Positions 50,878 through 64,000 of a stretch of DNA of 64,000 nucleotides are shown here, piece after piece. Source of the DNA: Marsupella aquatica (taxonomy: Eukaryota; Plantae; Marchantiophyta); assembly GCA_973895155.1 (NCBI GenBank), contig OZ316895.1:21960558-22024557 (forward strand), in the 5' to 3' direction. The translations under genes and the position numbers were made by a program. Every line of letters starts with the position of its first letter. Positions within the stretch are counted from its first letter, which is position 1. The notes under the pieces were generated by a model that was not told the origin of the DNA, searched no databases, and saw only the letters and a list, made by a program, of their open reading frames with translations.

Positions 50878-52884
50878 TAAGTTGTTGGAAAATGGAAAGT
50901 GAAGCTCACTTAGCTTGGGTTTGAAGAAAGCCAGTCATTGATCGGTCAACACACTGCATTGCATGATGGGCTACTCAAGTACTCATAATCCTGTAGGGTC
51001 TGGCTTGTGACTCCCAGTTTCTCCTGGATTTTACTTTTTTGTATAAGTAAAGTGCTCCTTTCAATAAAAAATAGCACAATTGGCGTGCATATTTGTGTGG
51101 ACTCAAAAAGGTACTAATAAGAAACATCTACAACTATAATAAGGGATCTCATTTTTTTTGTCCATAGTCCCAATGCAAAAAAGCTCCTAAGTAGGAAAGA
51201 TCCTCAAACTGTTGGATTTGTTTGGCTGTTGTCCCTAACCATTGATGGAGGGAAAGGGCAACCCTGGCGCATATTGTGCCCCATAAATGCCCTGGCCCGA
51301 CTAGCTATGGGCTGGCCTCCTTGCGCTAAGCACAGCCATAGGGCGCCCTCGTGTATTTATAAGTGAACATGTAAGAGAGGTCTCCTGATCAGCCATGGTG
51401 CAGGACACGTACTTGTGATTAATGGAGTCACATTAGACAATGTGGCCCAAGTCTAATGTACATATCCATTTCTTTGTTCTGCCACAAACATGGAGCCCGT
51501 TTCAATTGCAAGGCATTGGCCATTACACCATTAGGGTATCATGTAATGCTTCAGTGGACATTCATGCCCTATTTGATTCCATTGCTTCGTTCTGTCACAA
51601 GTCTGGGGGCTGTTTCAATCACCAGGCATTTTCAGTAACACCATCAGGGCTGCTTTGTTCTGTGCATCCAAAATGGAATTTGTGGGCCGCCTTCACCAAT
51701 TGTCACAGATATGTGTGTAGGTTGTTTACAGATTGACATGAACGGCTTTGATAGAGTTAATGGACTTTGATAGACCCTCTCAATTGACACCGGTTCTCCC
51801 TTAGATCAAGTTAATGGATTTTGATACACTCTCTCAATCAATACCGGTTATCCCTGTTTGTCGGAGAACAATCATGTCGTCAGACTGTTCACTAAGAGTG
51901 CTTCCCGATTATACTTGGGGAAGGCCTTCTTCGGTTCAGGACAATGCATCATTGAAGGAGGATAATGATTTAACATTTTGTAGTTCAGACGTAGCAGCAG
52001 CTCAAGGACGAGGTTTGTGAGGAGGAAATTGAGGAGTCCATTACTTCAAGGCATACAAAGTAAAGTGTGGTTGAGGCATTCAATGTTTGTGGTACTTTCC
52101 TATCCACATGCCCTATTGGAACAACATTCTTCATCAAAGTATATGAAAAAGCAAATACATACCACGCTTGGCTTTGCATGATTCCATCTGCTGGGTATTC
52201 TCTCAATGAACTTAAGAGACGATTCCACTTGAAAAAGTCATGGGCGGTTACAAGATTTTACAGGGATAAATATAACTCATGACTGATTCTCTGATCAGAG
52301 TATCTGATTTGGAATGAGGGGAATGAATTAAGCATAAGAAAAGCAAGCAACCTGCATTTCGACGATAGAGGGTCTTGAAGACCTGGTTGATAGTGTTGGT
52401 AGGGTTTCAAGTGGACTCAGTCCATGCAAAATGCCATGTACAAATTATCCGTGGATATGCGGGGTGGCACTTGCAAGCAATAGACCTGATTACATGTTCC
52501 TGATGTCCGTCTGAGATGTCGTTCGTAAGCATCCTAAGTAACTGATCTAGACAAACGGTAGTTACTGGTCTCGACAAACAGTCTAAATTCACGGACACTC
52601 TCATTGTTGTCTCCTCTCTGTCAGGATTGGGAGATTCTCTGTATTGGAGATCGTTTTTGAGATATTATTATTAATCAACAAAGCAACAAATGCACCGTCT
52701 TTCCTGACAGAACCAGGCCATTGAAGTCTTGGACGCTTTCACGCTAGGCTATTCTTCAATAACACTGGGAGATTCTTTGTACTTGGGATGGGTGTACGAG
52801 ATGCTTTTCATTAACAAAGCCCTGAACTAATCAATTCTCCTATGACAAGAAAGGCTGCCTCTTGAAAGGCTGCCTCTTGAAACT

Positions 52885-55792
52885 ATGGATGCTTTAATTC
52901 TAGGCTGTAGAGGTTGTCCCCACACACTATCCTCTTCAAACTCACAGACATTGGGCAACCCACTGAGCCAAGTGCGGCAAAAGCATAATCGAATTCAAAA
53001 TCTAAGAAGGTATCCTATAGCTTGGCCCCTTCTCAATATCTTGGGCAGAAAATCCAAACCAGCACAGACCTGCAGAAGAGATCAGCTGTGCATGTGCAAA
53101 GGGATGCTTGTCGCCGTTCCAAAATTGACATCGTCAGAACATCAAAGGGGGTTGATCTGGAGCGCATACGAGTTTGAGCCTGACGATTCGGAAGGGGCCA
53201 AGGACAATGTTGCACGGTACAATAGGACGGTGTATGATCAGGCGGCATGGGTCCATCACCGCAGTGCTTTGAGACACGGGAGAACAATTTTATCAATGAT
53301 GGGTTCCAAAGTTGTTGCACCAGTGGTTCCTCCAGTCATGGGTCTGACTCTCAATGCTGTGGGCCTGGCCGTGTACAACCAGCTGATAGAGTCACATTGG
53401 CTACCTTCCTGGTTTCCTCTCCTTCATGTGCCTTCTCTCCCTTTCCAGCTACTGGCTCCAGCCTTGGCTCTTCTCCTTGTATTTCGGACCAATGCTTCGT
53501 ACTCTAGATTTGACGAGGCAAGGAGGGCGTGGGGCTCAACTGTGACAAAGACCAGAGATATAGCCCGGAAAGCTTTGACTTGCATAGTGGACCCTTGTGA
53601 TGCAGAGAGGGTGAACAAAATGCTGCGTCACTGTGTAAGTCGGGCTCCATCCTTTAAGCCTCTTGTATGAACGTGTTTTCCACCGATGGTTGCCCCAGAG
53701 TGCCCACTTAATTTATCTATCTTGCTGTTATCCTTTGAAGATTGTGTCGGGTAGCGACTTCCACATTTCACACTATGGCACATCACATTTTGCTTCTAAA
53801 ACCAGGACGCATTGGTGAGAGAGGACATGGTTGCTGGTTCCTTTGGAGCCGTATTGTTGAGAGTAAGCGTGCAAGTGCCATTGCCCTTGTCGTCCCTCTC
53901 AGCATCACAAATGCCCAGAAAAAATATTTCTTCAGACAAGGGAGCCTGAAATTTAAATTCAATCCAAATCAAACACAAGAAGAAGAAGAAGCAAAGCACA
54001 CACCATATAATAAACGCAAGGTGGAAAAATTGAAACAAAAGACAAAAATGTTGCAAAGCATTTAACAATATTTTGGGCCTCTTGATTTTATTTTAGAAAG
54101 TACTAAAATGATATTTCAAAAGGAAAAGTTGCTCTAGATAAGTGATGTGTTGAAAAGAAGATATCAGACAGCTTTGAATTGAGGATTTGAAATGTGTCTT
54201 GGAGCGAGTTATTACATTTAGGGTTAGAGTAGAAGGCATTAGACAGAGCCTCGAGTGAAATGTTACAAGAAAGAGTAATTTAAGGTCTCTTTGCCTCTGC
54301 AGGCAAAATTGTTTATAAACAGATTTAGCCTAAACAGCCTTGCATTGAGGATTTGAAAGAAATCTTTGAGAGATTTATTGCATTTTGGTTTTAAGTAGAA
54401 GGCATTAAACAGTGTCTCAGTGTGAAAAGTTTGGATAAAGAGTCAAATGTCTCTTGCCTCTGCAGACAAAATTGCTTATAAACAGATTTAGTCTAAAGAA
54501 GCTCGTAGGTCTTTCCCCATTTGGGAATGGGCTGGGAGTTCATTTAGGGGACATCACAAAAGAGACCTAAAGAGCCAGAAATCATCTGCATATGTCTAGA
54601 TTGTAGACGGGTGTGACGAGAAAAAATCTGCAGGGGACTCTTCTTGTTCTTCATCTTTGGCCATTCTTGGACTGGGTCCCTTGACGTTAATCATGAACAT
54701 TATGGGTTTTCCTGAATTTCTTCCAGTCAATGTGTACTTGTGAGTTCACGACCTTCTCAGTACCTCACAAAGAATAATCTCCGAGACTTTAAACCACCGT
54801 GTATTTTGTTCAGGTAGCATTTAGCTTCTGTATGAAAGAATACCTCCTACAGGAAGGAAAACTCAAAGAGGACTTGACATTTTTACTTGAGGAGGAAGAG
54901 TTGGCTGCCCTTTCAAAAGTGCCTGATCAACCGACCTTTTGCTTGATGACTATGTCAGAAATTATACACGACTGCAATATTTCTGATACAGAACGGGCTC
55001 TTATGGTAAGTTCTAAGGCAACATTGAATCCGAAGTTCCTTGAATTTCCTGACTGGACGCAAATAGACATGTGTGCACTTGAAGATAAATTTGAATGTGC
55101 AAGAGGATTTGAATGTGAAATTCAGTCAGACCTTTACTCGTTACAGTTCATTGCTTGTCAAAAATTTGCGTTCTGTATTTATCCTGACAGAACCAGTTAT
55201 TGCATTCATGGGATTTTTCAGAGTGAAACTGTCACCCACTTTTTTGACAACCTTGGAGCCTGTGAACGCATCTTTAAAACCCCAATCCCATTGTCATACA
55301 CGCGATTGACATCTCGATTGCTTGTCATCTGGCATATTGCCCTGCCATTAGCTCTCTGGGATCAATGCCGTTGGGCCATAGTTCCTACTACTACCCTTAG
55401 TGCTGCTGTCCTGTTTTGCATTGAGGAGGTAAGTCCCTCCTTTTGCCTAGTATCCAGTCACACATTAATCAATCATTTCTACCAGCTTTGAGGTAAGATT
55501 GTATATTGCATATTCTCTTAAAATACCATAGAAATAGAACAGTATGTTTCTGGTCAGAAAGTTCATTGCTCTACAAATGAAAGGGGCATAACTCTGAAAA
55601 TCACTATTATTCTGCATCCAGGTTGGGGTTCTGATCGAAGAACCTTTTGAGATTTTTCCCCTAGAGAGCCTATGCAATTTCTCTAGCAAGAACGTGGAGA
55701 ATCTTGTAAAAACTCATGGAGACTATCATAAGTACATCAAAGTCAAAGGCGACCATGAAAAGATGAAAAATAATCAATCCCCTGTAGTGTGA
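52885..55792 (+). CDS. Bestrophin-like (UPF0187/VCCN-type) chloride channel, probably plastid-targeted; exons 52885-53634, 54814-55005, 55222-55428, 55622-55792
   Basis: RTVYDQAAWVHHRS, LPFQLLAPALALLLVFRTNASYSRFDEARRAWG, GACERIFKTPIPLSYTRLTSRLLVIWH, LFCIEEVGVLIEEPF. S/R/K-rich N-terminal extension; GT-AG phase-0 introns. Confidence 0.92.
54170..54500. repeat. ~170-bp tandem duplication in intron 1 of the bestrophin-like gene
   Basis: attgaggatttgaaa...agtagaaggcatta.acag...ttgcctctgcag.caaaattg.ttataaacagatttag occurs twice. Confidence 0.8.
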
Positions 55793-58700
55793 GCCAGGAA
55801 GACGACCTCAAGTGTGTTGCTCGGGTAGGCACAAGATTTGTGTTGTTTAGACGTTCATGTGTTACAAAATTCAGTATTACAATGCTTTCCATATTAAGCA
55901 AGAAAAACTACTTCAGTATTTCAGTACACATTCAATGAATCTAAGGCAAGTATGAGTCTGATCGTACCCAAACAGAACTAGTGTCTCCAACAACTCTTGA
56001 TCAAAATCACAGCTCTGTTTGTTAGGAAGTTGTAGATTGGGTCTGTATAAATTATAGCATCATACTGCAGTGTATGGGCTGCTATTGCCAGCTCCATCGC
56101 CAAGAATAGTTGGACTTTTGTACACTCGATCCATCACAAAAAGGTTGATCAAGTTCCAGACGTCGAAACAAGTTTTCAAGCTTTAGATGCAAATGGAAAG
56201 GAAAGGCATCGGCCTTTTCAAAAAAAATATGAGAATATTCTGACCTTCTCTTGATCTGTTTAAGTAGCAGCTCAACTTGAATTCTTCCCCTGAGACGTGA
56301 AGAAATTTTTTAACTCAAATATGCATGCATTGAGCTCGAAGCTCGCTTTCTTTTAATCTGGGACAACATGGTTGACAGGAGAGTTGGGACTTATGCCTAA
56401 GGTGATTCTCAAACTCAGAGCTCCAACTTGAAACCCCCTTGAAACAGACCATGGACTGTAACACTAGTCTTTCAAGATCACTATGGCCTATCAGGTGTCA
56501 CAATCGCTGAATTCCAAGTCTACTAAAACGTGTTGTTGATAGTGTGAACCCTGGGGCTTGAGAATTTCAAATCTAAATGAAGATTAGGTTTCAATGTGTT
56601 TGCCATGGCAACTTATTGTAGAGGATTGTGGGCACCTGACTAACAAAATTTAACAGTACAAATTCTTGTGCTCAATGTTAATTGCAGCTGGAAAATCACT
56701 CGCCATGGTAAATGGCGCTCTGTCCACCCTTTGATTAGATTAATATGATGGCATGACATAAATAGACAAGCACAGATGCAAGACAATGTCATGACACATG
56801 AGATAGGCAGATGATTATAGCAAGGCATGACTAGCGCTAAGGGAGAACTGCAAATAGATTGCAAAGAGCATAAACAACAGAAACACTCAGCAAGATGAGT
56901 AAGCTTGTCCCTTACTGGACAAAAACATCTATTCTGAGAGAAAGCAAGTAGAAAGAAGAATGAGAGGCTAAGCCAACTCTTATCCAACTATACCCTAAAT
57001 GCTCCCAACCACACAGTGGGATAAAACAGAGAACGACTCAGACTTCTGTAAGTTTAGAACATGCATTCTGTCTTTTGCTTTGGCTAATGGTGGAGTATAT
57101 TAGGAAGGTATAAGGAACAATGGAGTTGTTTGCTCAGTTGACATGTACCAAAGACCCTAGTTGACAATAGGTTTTTTATGAAGGGCTATGAACCAATTTT
57201 TTAGCACCTTCAGATGCACCCATACATCTCAATTGTCTGCCCAAGCTGCCCTGAGCATTTTATCTCAGCTGTCTGCCCTCAACCCCTGCATCCCCAAGAT
57301 GAAAAAATCCATCCCAAAATTAGTTATAAAAATTGAAAATAATTTTAAAGAAAATTCTGAAAACTTGAAAACACTCTGGTCTTCGTGCCCTTGGGCCAGC
57401 GGAAGCCCGGATAGACCCAACGCTTTGTTAAAAAAAAACCAGATGGACTTTGGCAACCCCTATGGACCGAGCCAGATCATCATTTTTCACTAACACCTGT
57501 TATACTTATGTCCAAACTGTGTCCTGTAAAGAGTGTCCAGACCGGTTGCAATAAGTAGTCTATCCAAAAGTAGTCTATCCATTGTAGCCAGTATTCATTT
57601 ATGGGTCGCATTTAAAGTACATTCATACAATTCAAACCCAATGGGGCCACAAAATGCACTAATACTAGCGTTCGGTGCTACAGTCAAAATACATCCAATA
57701 TTGAGTGTCCAATTCTTTATGAGCATAATGAGGAGGCCTATGCGTTTCCTTATGTGAAGGACTTGTCGCTACAATAGTACTCAACGCTAATAAAAAAGGA
57801 CAAATAGTCCTGGAAATACCTCTCATATACACTAAAAGGGATGATGCCACCAAAAATTAGACCGCACCGACCCGATGCAATCCATACCTTCAACAAACTC
57901 CAGATCCAACGCAATATATGTTTTTGGTAGAATCTAATGATTAGAAGACAAAGCAGAATCATTATCCAAGCCAGCGGCAGTCTGCTTTCCATCAGGCCTA
58001 GATCAGTGGCCTCTACTATTAATGTAGGCCACGAAAGGTCCCCGCTCCAAAACCCTTGTGGCCCCAGGAAAAGTTGTGCTTTGAAAATCCGCACGACCCA
58101 GGAGCTAGCTTTTGAATTGTGCTCGCATCTCTGTCAGTCGAGTTGGACTTAATGGAGGAGGAGGCATGCGGAGCAAAAACCTTTTGCTGATCCCTCTTGG
58201 TGGGGATTCTCAATCTCAAAGGACATTTTGCTCCCCTTGGCTAATTGCCTCATCCAAAGGAAGATGATCTTGGTTCCAAAACTCCAATGTTTCAATCACC
58301 TTTATGGACCCACTAACATTGAGTGAACCAATCCTGTTCTTGATTGAGGAGACGCCAACCGTCACTCTCCCCTTCCCTGTATATCAATTTGATCCAAGTT
58401 GTGGAGAACGCATGGACCTGTCTCACTCAGTACCTCCTCTACGTCTACGGCACAAATTGGGACCAAAACGCAAGAGAACAAGCAAGGGAGTATAACGGAG
58501 AATGGTCACAACTATTGCAAGAAATACAAATGCAACTCCGAATATGTATCCAATGAACACTTCACCATTGCAAGGAATGACGCATGAACATTGGTTATCC
58601 ATTGAAATTCAACTTTTTTTAATACATCACACTCGGGGGATTGACTATCAAAAATCTCTGGAATCACGTGCAATCCAAAATAAGTATTTGTGATAGAAAT

Positions 58701-59689
58701 TAACTAAATTTTTAAAAAGCGTAGGAGGCAAAAGAAGGTATTATAAACTCATGTTTATAGAATATTCTCTAATATATACCTTTTATAAAATAAAATAATT
58801 TATTAATATTGAAAATGGAGAATTTTCTTGGAATAATTTTTTTATAAAATAGGTCTATTTATATTAGGCTAAAATTGCACGTGGTACCCCAAAATATACA
58901 CTTAGTTAACCCCCGAGATATCACATGAAACAACAAGAGCCAATGGGAAGAAAAGAGAGATACAACGACAACAAACGGCAAACAGCCAACTGTATCAATT
59001 GATATTAGAAAACATAGTGACAGGCCTATTAAAATGGCCTGCACAATATAGACGAGAACCCTATTAGGTAAAAAGCTAAACCTCCCATTTGGAATCACTA
59101 GTCACCAACTCGGTTCAAGAATCATAGCTTTTTGATCTATATGTGGACTCCGCTTTGTCGTCTACATACTTGCTTTGCCCAATGTCTTAACTGAAAAAAT
59201 GGTCATGCTAAACTTTTTATCCTTGCCTGTCCTCAGTCTAAGACCTTTAGTCTCCCATATAGCATCCTCACAAAATCTGCCCTTTGCACCATTGTTTTAG
59301 CATACAAAGGATCGAAGGACAAATGGGTTCTTCAGGGTGTCTACTACATTCCTAGCAACTTTCCTTTCAAGTCAAAAGTGCTTTTGAATATTCCACTATG
59401 ACTAGACAATTGAATCCAATTTCTTTAGTCAAAGTCAAAGAATTGGTGGAATGCTCGAGAGACTAGGATAACACTTAAAGGAAAAGTAAATAGCAATGAA
59501 AACAAAGTTGACGATCATTACTCAGAAGACTCGTCACTCTCATCATTTTCAGAACTTGATGTCCACCACATTCTTCTAGGCTTCATCATCTTTGGTTAGA
59601 TAAAACACCATTGCCAGCCTCATTCTTGTCATCAAAATCAAAATTAAGAATAGCATGGACTGAGTCTGTCATGCTTCTTACTCTTCCCC

Positions 59690-62380
59690 TACTTATGGGG
59701 AGGAGTTGATGTGGAAGTTTCCTTGTTCTCTGTAAGATCAAAGAAGACTCTAGGACCAGACGGACTAACGGCAGAGGTCTTTAGGGCAGGCTGGGATTAT
59801 ATTCACATGGAGTTGCTGGAGATGATACAAGACTTCTGGTTAACAGGCAAGCCAGCGGCAAGCATCAAGCTGGGCATTATCAAGCTGATACCCAAGAAAG
59901 AGGACAAAAGATTCTTGAAAGACTGGAGACCACTGACCATGCTAAATGCGATTTATAAATTGATTGCTAAGCTTTTGGCTGCCCGAATGCAACTGGTCAT
60001 TCCTAAGTTGATTAACAAGCAGCAAACTGGGTTCATCCCTGGCCGTCACATCTTAGAGAATATATCGGTAGCATGGCTCACTGGCGAATGGGCTCGGAAG
60101 ACCAGACGTCCGACACTCTTTTTGAAGCTAGACTTCGAAAAAGCTTTTGACAGGGTAAATCACGAATACTTGTGGGAAACAATGCTTCTCCTGGGGTTCA
60201 GTAGTTGGACCATTCAGCTAGTTCAAGCTCTGCTCTGGGCGGCTTCTTCACGGGTGGCTGTGAATGGGCTTATCTCAAAGGCAATTGTGTTGCGTCGGGG
60301 GGGGGGGGGGGTGAGGCAGGGCTGCCCCCTCTCTCCCTTACTCTTTGTGCTGTCCACCCAACCGCTGATTACGTTCCTAGATTCAGAGATCAAATTAAGA
60401 AGGAAGAATGCAGGGAATCAAGATTAGCGAACAATGTACTATCTGCTTCAGACTCTTTGCAGACGATGTTGGAATGTTTATCCCTGCATGTGAGACTGCA
60501 TTCTCTGAGGCTAGAGCAGCGTTGGCCTGCTATGAGTGCGCGTCTGGTGCTAGACTGAATCTCCAAAAATTGATTATCATACCATTCGCGCTTGAGTGCA
60601 TTCCAAAATGGCTAAGTAAAACTGAATGCAGGATCAGCAAAGCAGGAGAGCTGCAGATCTATCTTGGGGTGCCATTCGGACTAGAGCTTGGGGCGGATCA
60701 AATTCAGAAATTCTGTTTAGACAAGATTGCTAAGAGATTACCATCCTGGGCTAACAAACTGATCTCATTCATAGGAAGGACTAAGCTGATTAAACAGGTT
60801 TTGTTGGCGATCCCTATCTACCATGTGATGCACTTGAGATCATTTGCTGGGCTGGCAAAGAAATTGGTGGTGCTTTGCAGAGACTTTCTGTGGGGTTATA
60901 ATCAAGAGGGGAACAAGAAGATTCCTCTGGTGGCCTGGACAAAGATGGCACGGCCTAAAACAGATGGCGGACTTGGTTTCAAAGACTTCTGCACTCACTC
61001 TGAGGCTCTACTTACCCAATGGTTCATGAAGGCTCTGGATTGCCCCACTGCTGAATGGTTGCTATTGCTGCAGGCTAACCTTGATCTCATGGGCTGGAGG
61101 CATTACAAGGTGATACGTCGGAACATTTACACTTTCCAGGATAAGCTACTGATGTGCTCGCCACGGGCCAGCGGAGGAATGCCTTACACATGGGGCCTGT
61201 GGAAGGCCTGGGAGGCCTTAAGGCGTGGCCTCTCTTTTATGCCCGGTGTGGACGGTATACTTGGCAGATGGAGCATTCAAGACTCTATTCGTTGTCTCGC
61301 CGGGCCTCACTCCTGGCCGGTCACGGTTTTGGAGGAGGCTAGGTCACAGAGACCTTAGGGAGACTAGGAATCAGGAAAATAGCTGACTGCTGGTCTGGGG
61401 GCTCAGGGGTATGGATCGACCTTTCCCATCGCTGGCATTATCTTAGAGGTGTCTCTGATGAATGTAAGTCATAGTGTGCACTCCTGCTGGATGCCATCCA
61501 TTGTGGTCACTCCTGCTGGCTGGACCTGGAACCGGGTGCTAGGCAGTGGCGCTGGGCTGACACTTGGGCTTTCTCAAAGTCCTTTCGAATTAACAACCAG
61601 CGAGCTTACAAACTCTTAAGGACCAAAAGCACTGACTTTGAGAGATGGAATCAAATTTGGGGATGCAGGCGATCGGAAACAAAATGGAATTCTGTCTGGA
61701 CTCGAATTTGGAGCTCTGATTTGACTTCCAGGGCAAAAACATTCATTTGGCGCTTGATAGTTGGCGGTCTCTTCACGGGATCTTGGGCTGCTAAGATTGG
61801 TGCAGGCTCAGGTATATGTCATGTTTGCCCTGGGAGAACTGAAAGCATCCCCCATCTTTTCTTTGGCTGTGCTCACGCCATGCTCTATTGGGGAATCGGA
61901 GAGTCCAGCTCCTTGAGACAACTGTTTGGCAGGGGTTGAGGTAGCCTGGAACTCCTTGTTGCTGCTGATTCCAGAACACACACTCAATCTGCTTGCCTTT
62001 TCCTGCATTATCAAATGCTGTGGGCTCTATGGATGGGACGAAATGAGCAGATTTTGGAGAAAAAGTTGATCCAAGTCTTTGATTTTGGGCTGGTCCTCTT
62101 GGAAACCAAGACTCACCTACGGGCTGCAGGCTGGGGCCTCCCCATTGGTGGGCGGCACATCAGACTGGCTAAGGCTAGGGATCTCATAGCTTTAGAACGA
62201 CGACACTGGTTTGCTAGGAGTACTGGCAGAGTCACCTCAGTGGCTGCGTTGCTGGTCTAGGAGTGATAGTTATTGGAAGAGGTTGAATGGGTAATCTCGC
62301 TTTATCGGCTCTAGGGCTCTAAAAGCTGACATGATGTATGGGTCACTCACGTTATGGGCCACTAGGTTTAGTCCCCACTT
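59690..62380 (+). mobile_element. 5'-truncated L1-type LINE; ORF2 RT and zf-RVT, frameshifted
   Basis: GPDGLTAEVF, KLIPKK..WRPLTMLNAIYK, QTGFIPGR, KLDFEKAFDRV, GVRQGCPLSP, LFADD, YLGVP, GGLG, CHVC..ESIPHLFFGC. Frameshift near 60410 and later stops. Confidence 0.92.
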
Positions 62381-62386
62381 TTTCAT

Positions 62387-64000
62387 TGTGATTCTGGCCT
62401 TTGCCTTTGCCTTGTTGAGCATAGACGACGATCGCAACGGCAAGCCCATGAACCATCCAACGCACAATAGTCGACACAAGAGATACGTGGTTCACCTCCT
62501 TGAGGCTACGTCCACGGGAACACACAAGAGAGCTTTACTGAACTCTAAGCCCGTCAGCTATACCGAGTCTCCACAGTGTAAGCTCTCCCTATCTCTCAAG
62601 TGGCTCCATAACAATGAGCCTTGGTTCTACCTCTCCAAGCACACATGCCTCTTATGATATAGTGTGCAACTTAGTTGTACCTAACCACATAGTTGTACCT
62701 AATCACGTAGTTGTACCTAACCACATAGTTGTACCTAATCACGTAGTTGTACCTAACCACGTTGTTGTACCAACCCACGTTGTTGTACCAACCACGTCAT
62801 ACCTAACCTAGACGTAAGAGTAAATACCCAACAATCTTCCCCTTGACTCTGGTCTAGGGGAGAGTAATACTGCCAATGTATATGATCCCTCAGCGGGAAG
62901 TTCTGGACAAAAACCAAACTGGTTTCCCTCTCTAACTAGAGCAAACCAGAACTAAGCCATAGCCTAATACATAGGAATGAGGAAGAGCATATATCAGTAA
63001 TTACAATAAATATTAAGAAAACTCTACTTGTGATGCAATTGCAAAACCTGCAATACGTCACGGTGTCTAGAGAAACTCTCCAAAGGAATCACTTTAGTAA
63101 ATGCGTCAGCCGGGTTGAGTTTACCATCAATCTTGACTAGCTCAAACAAATTATTAGACACAGCCTGCCTGATAAAATGGTACCTGACATCAATGTGCTT
63201 CACTCTGCTGTCCATCACCTGGTTCATAGCAAGGTGGAGCGCACTTTGACTATCACAATGGAGCTTCACATTCCCTTGTGGCAATCCCATTTCAGTGATA
63301 AGTCTATCCAACCAAATCGCTTCCTTTGCTACTTCCGCAGCTGCAACATACTCCGCTTCTGTAGTAGATTGAGCAATACACTTCTACAAAGTAGACCTCC
63401 AACTTATGCATCCACCGCCAAGTGTGAACACGTATCCTGTTGTTGATCTCCTTCGGTCCAAATCTTGTCCATAGTCAGAATCAACATAGCCAATCAATGA
63501 TTTAGCATTCTTTGCATTCGCATCAAATAAAAGACCATGATCCACGGTACCCTTCAAGTACCTGATAATCCACTTCACTGCTTCCCAGTGTACCTTCCCT
63601 GGATTTGACATGTACCTGCTTACCTTACCCATAGCCATGGCAAGATCAGGTCTAGTGCAAGTCATCAAATACATGAGACTCCCCATTGCCTTGTCATACG
63701 GAACCTTTGACATCAACCCCTTCTTTGTGTCATCCGTAGGACACAACGCTGATGATAACTTGAAGTGTGGAGCCAAGGGGGTACTTACTGGCTTGCTATT
63801 CCCCATGTTGAACCTTGCAATTACCTTCCTCGCATAACTGCTTTGCGTCAACCATAGCTTGTCAGCCTCCAAGTCCCTAGTGATCTCCATACCCAAAATC
63901 CTCTTAGCTGGCCCTAAGTCCTTCATCTTAAACTCTACACTAAGCAGTGCCTTGAGCTTAACAATCTCAGACCTATCCTTGGCTGCAATTAGCATATCAT
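62387..64000 (-). mobile_element. Ty1/copia element, 3' end: RT/RNase H (63024-64000) and 3' LTR (~62833-62387)
   Basis: DMLIA, MKDLGPAKRILG, CTRPDL, YVDSDY, KHIDVRYHF. Minus-strand PPT AAGGGGAAGA precedes TG at 62833. LTR end ...CCAGAATCACA at 62387 is inferred because the other LTR is outside the window. Confidence 0.9.
62671..62808. repeat. 18-bp tandem repeat inside the copia LTR
   Basis: (c)cac(a/g)tagttgtacctaa repeated ~7 times. Confidence 0.9.

Noticed and set aside
57190-58900. Possible degraded transposon or protease-like coding remnant
   Set aside because: Only short broken ORFs; no motif or termini I could identify with confidence.
60297-60311. Poly-G run in the LINE RT
   Set aside because: Simple homopolymer expansion, or an assembly artefact, in a dead element.

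Overview
Eukaryotic land-plant nuclear DNA, probably a bryophyte or other non-seed plant (inferred from gene structure and transposon types; not provable here). From 5' to 3': (1) the 3' part of an apparently intact CACTA/En-Spm transposon (to 5774). A SET-domain exon lies between its transposase-associated Zn-motif exon and the TnpD exons, and the splice phases allow one shared exon to give either a SET protein or the transposase. (2) A HUA1-like CCCH zinc-finger gene (- strand). (3) About 20 kb of nested satellites, TIR elements/MITEs and a full-length but disabled Ty1/copia element (TSD CAATT) carrying a MITE. (4) An RPL7-like (uL30/Rlp7-type) gene. (5) A two-exon gene of about 401 aa with two Z-alpha (Z-DNA/Z-RNA-binding) winged-helix domains, a family mainly known from animals and their viruses. 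(6) tRNA-Val(AAC). (7) A bestrophin/VCCN-like gene. (8) A 5'-truncated LINE and a second copia element on the - strand. The two standout candidates are the tandem Z-alpha protein and the SET-carrying CACTA element. All domain calls come from reading motifs by eye, not from database searches.
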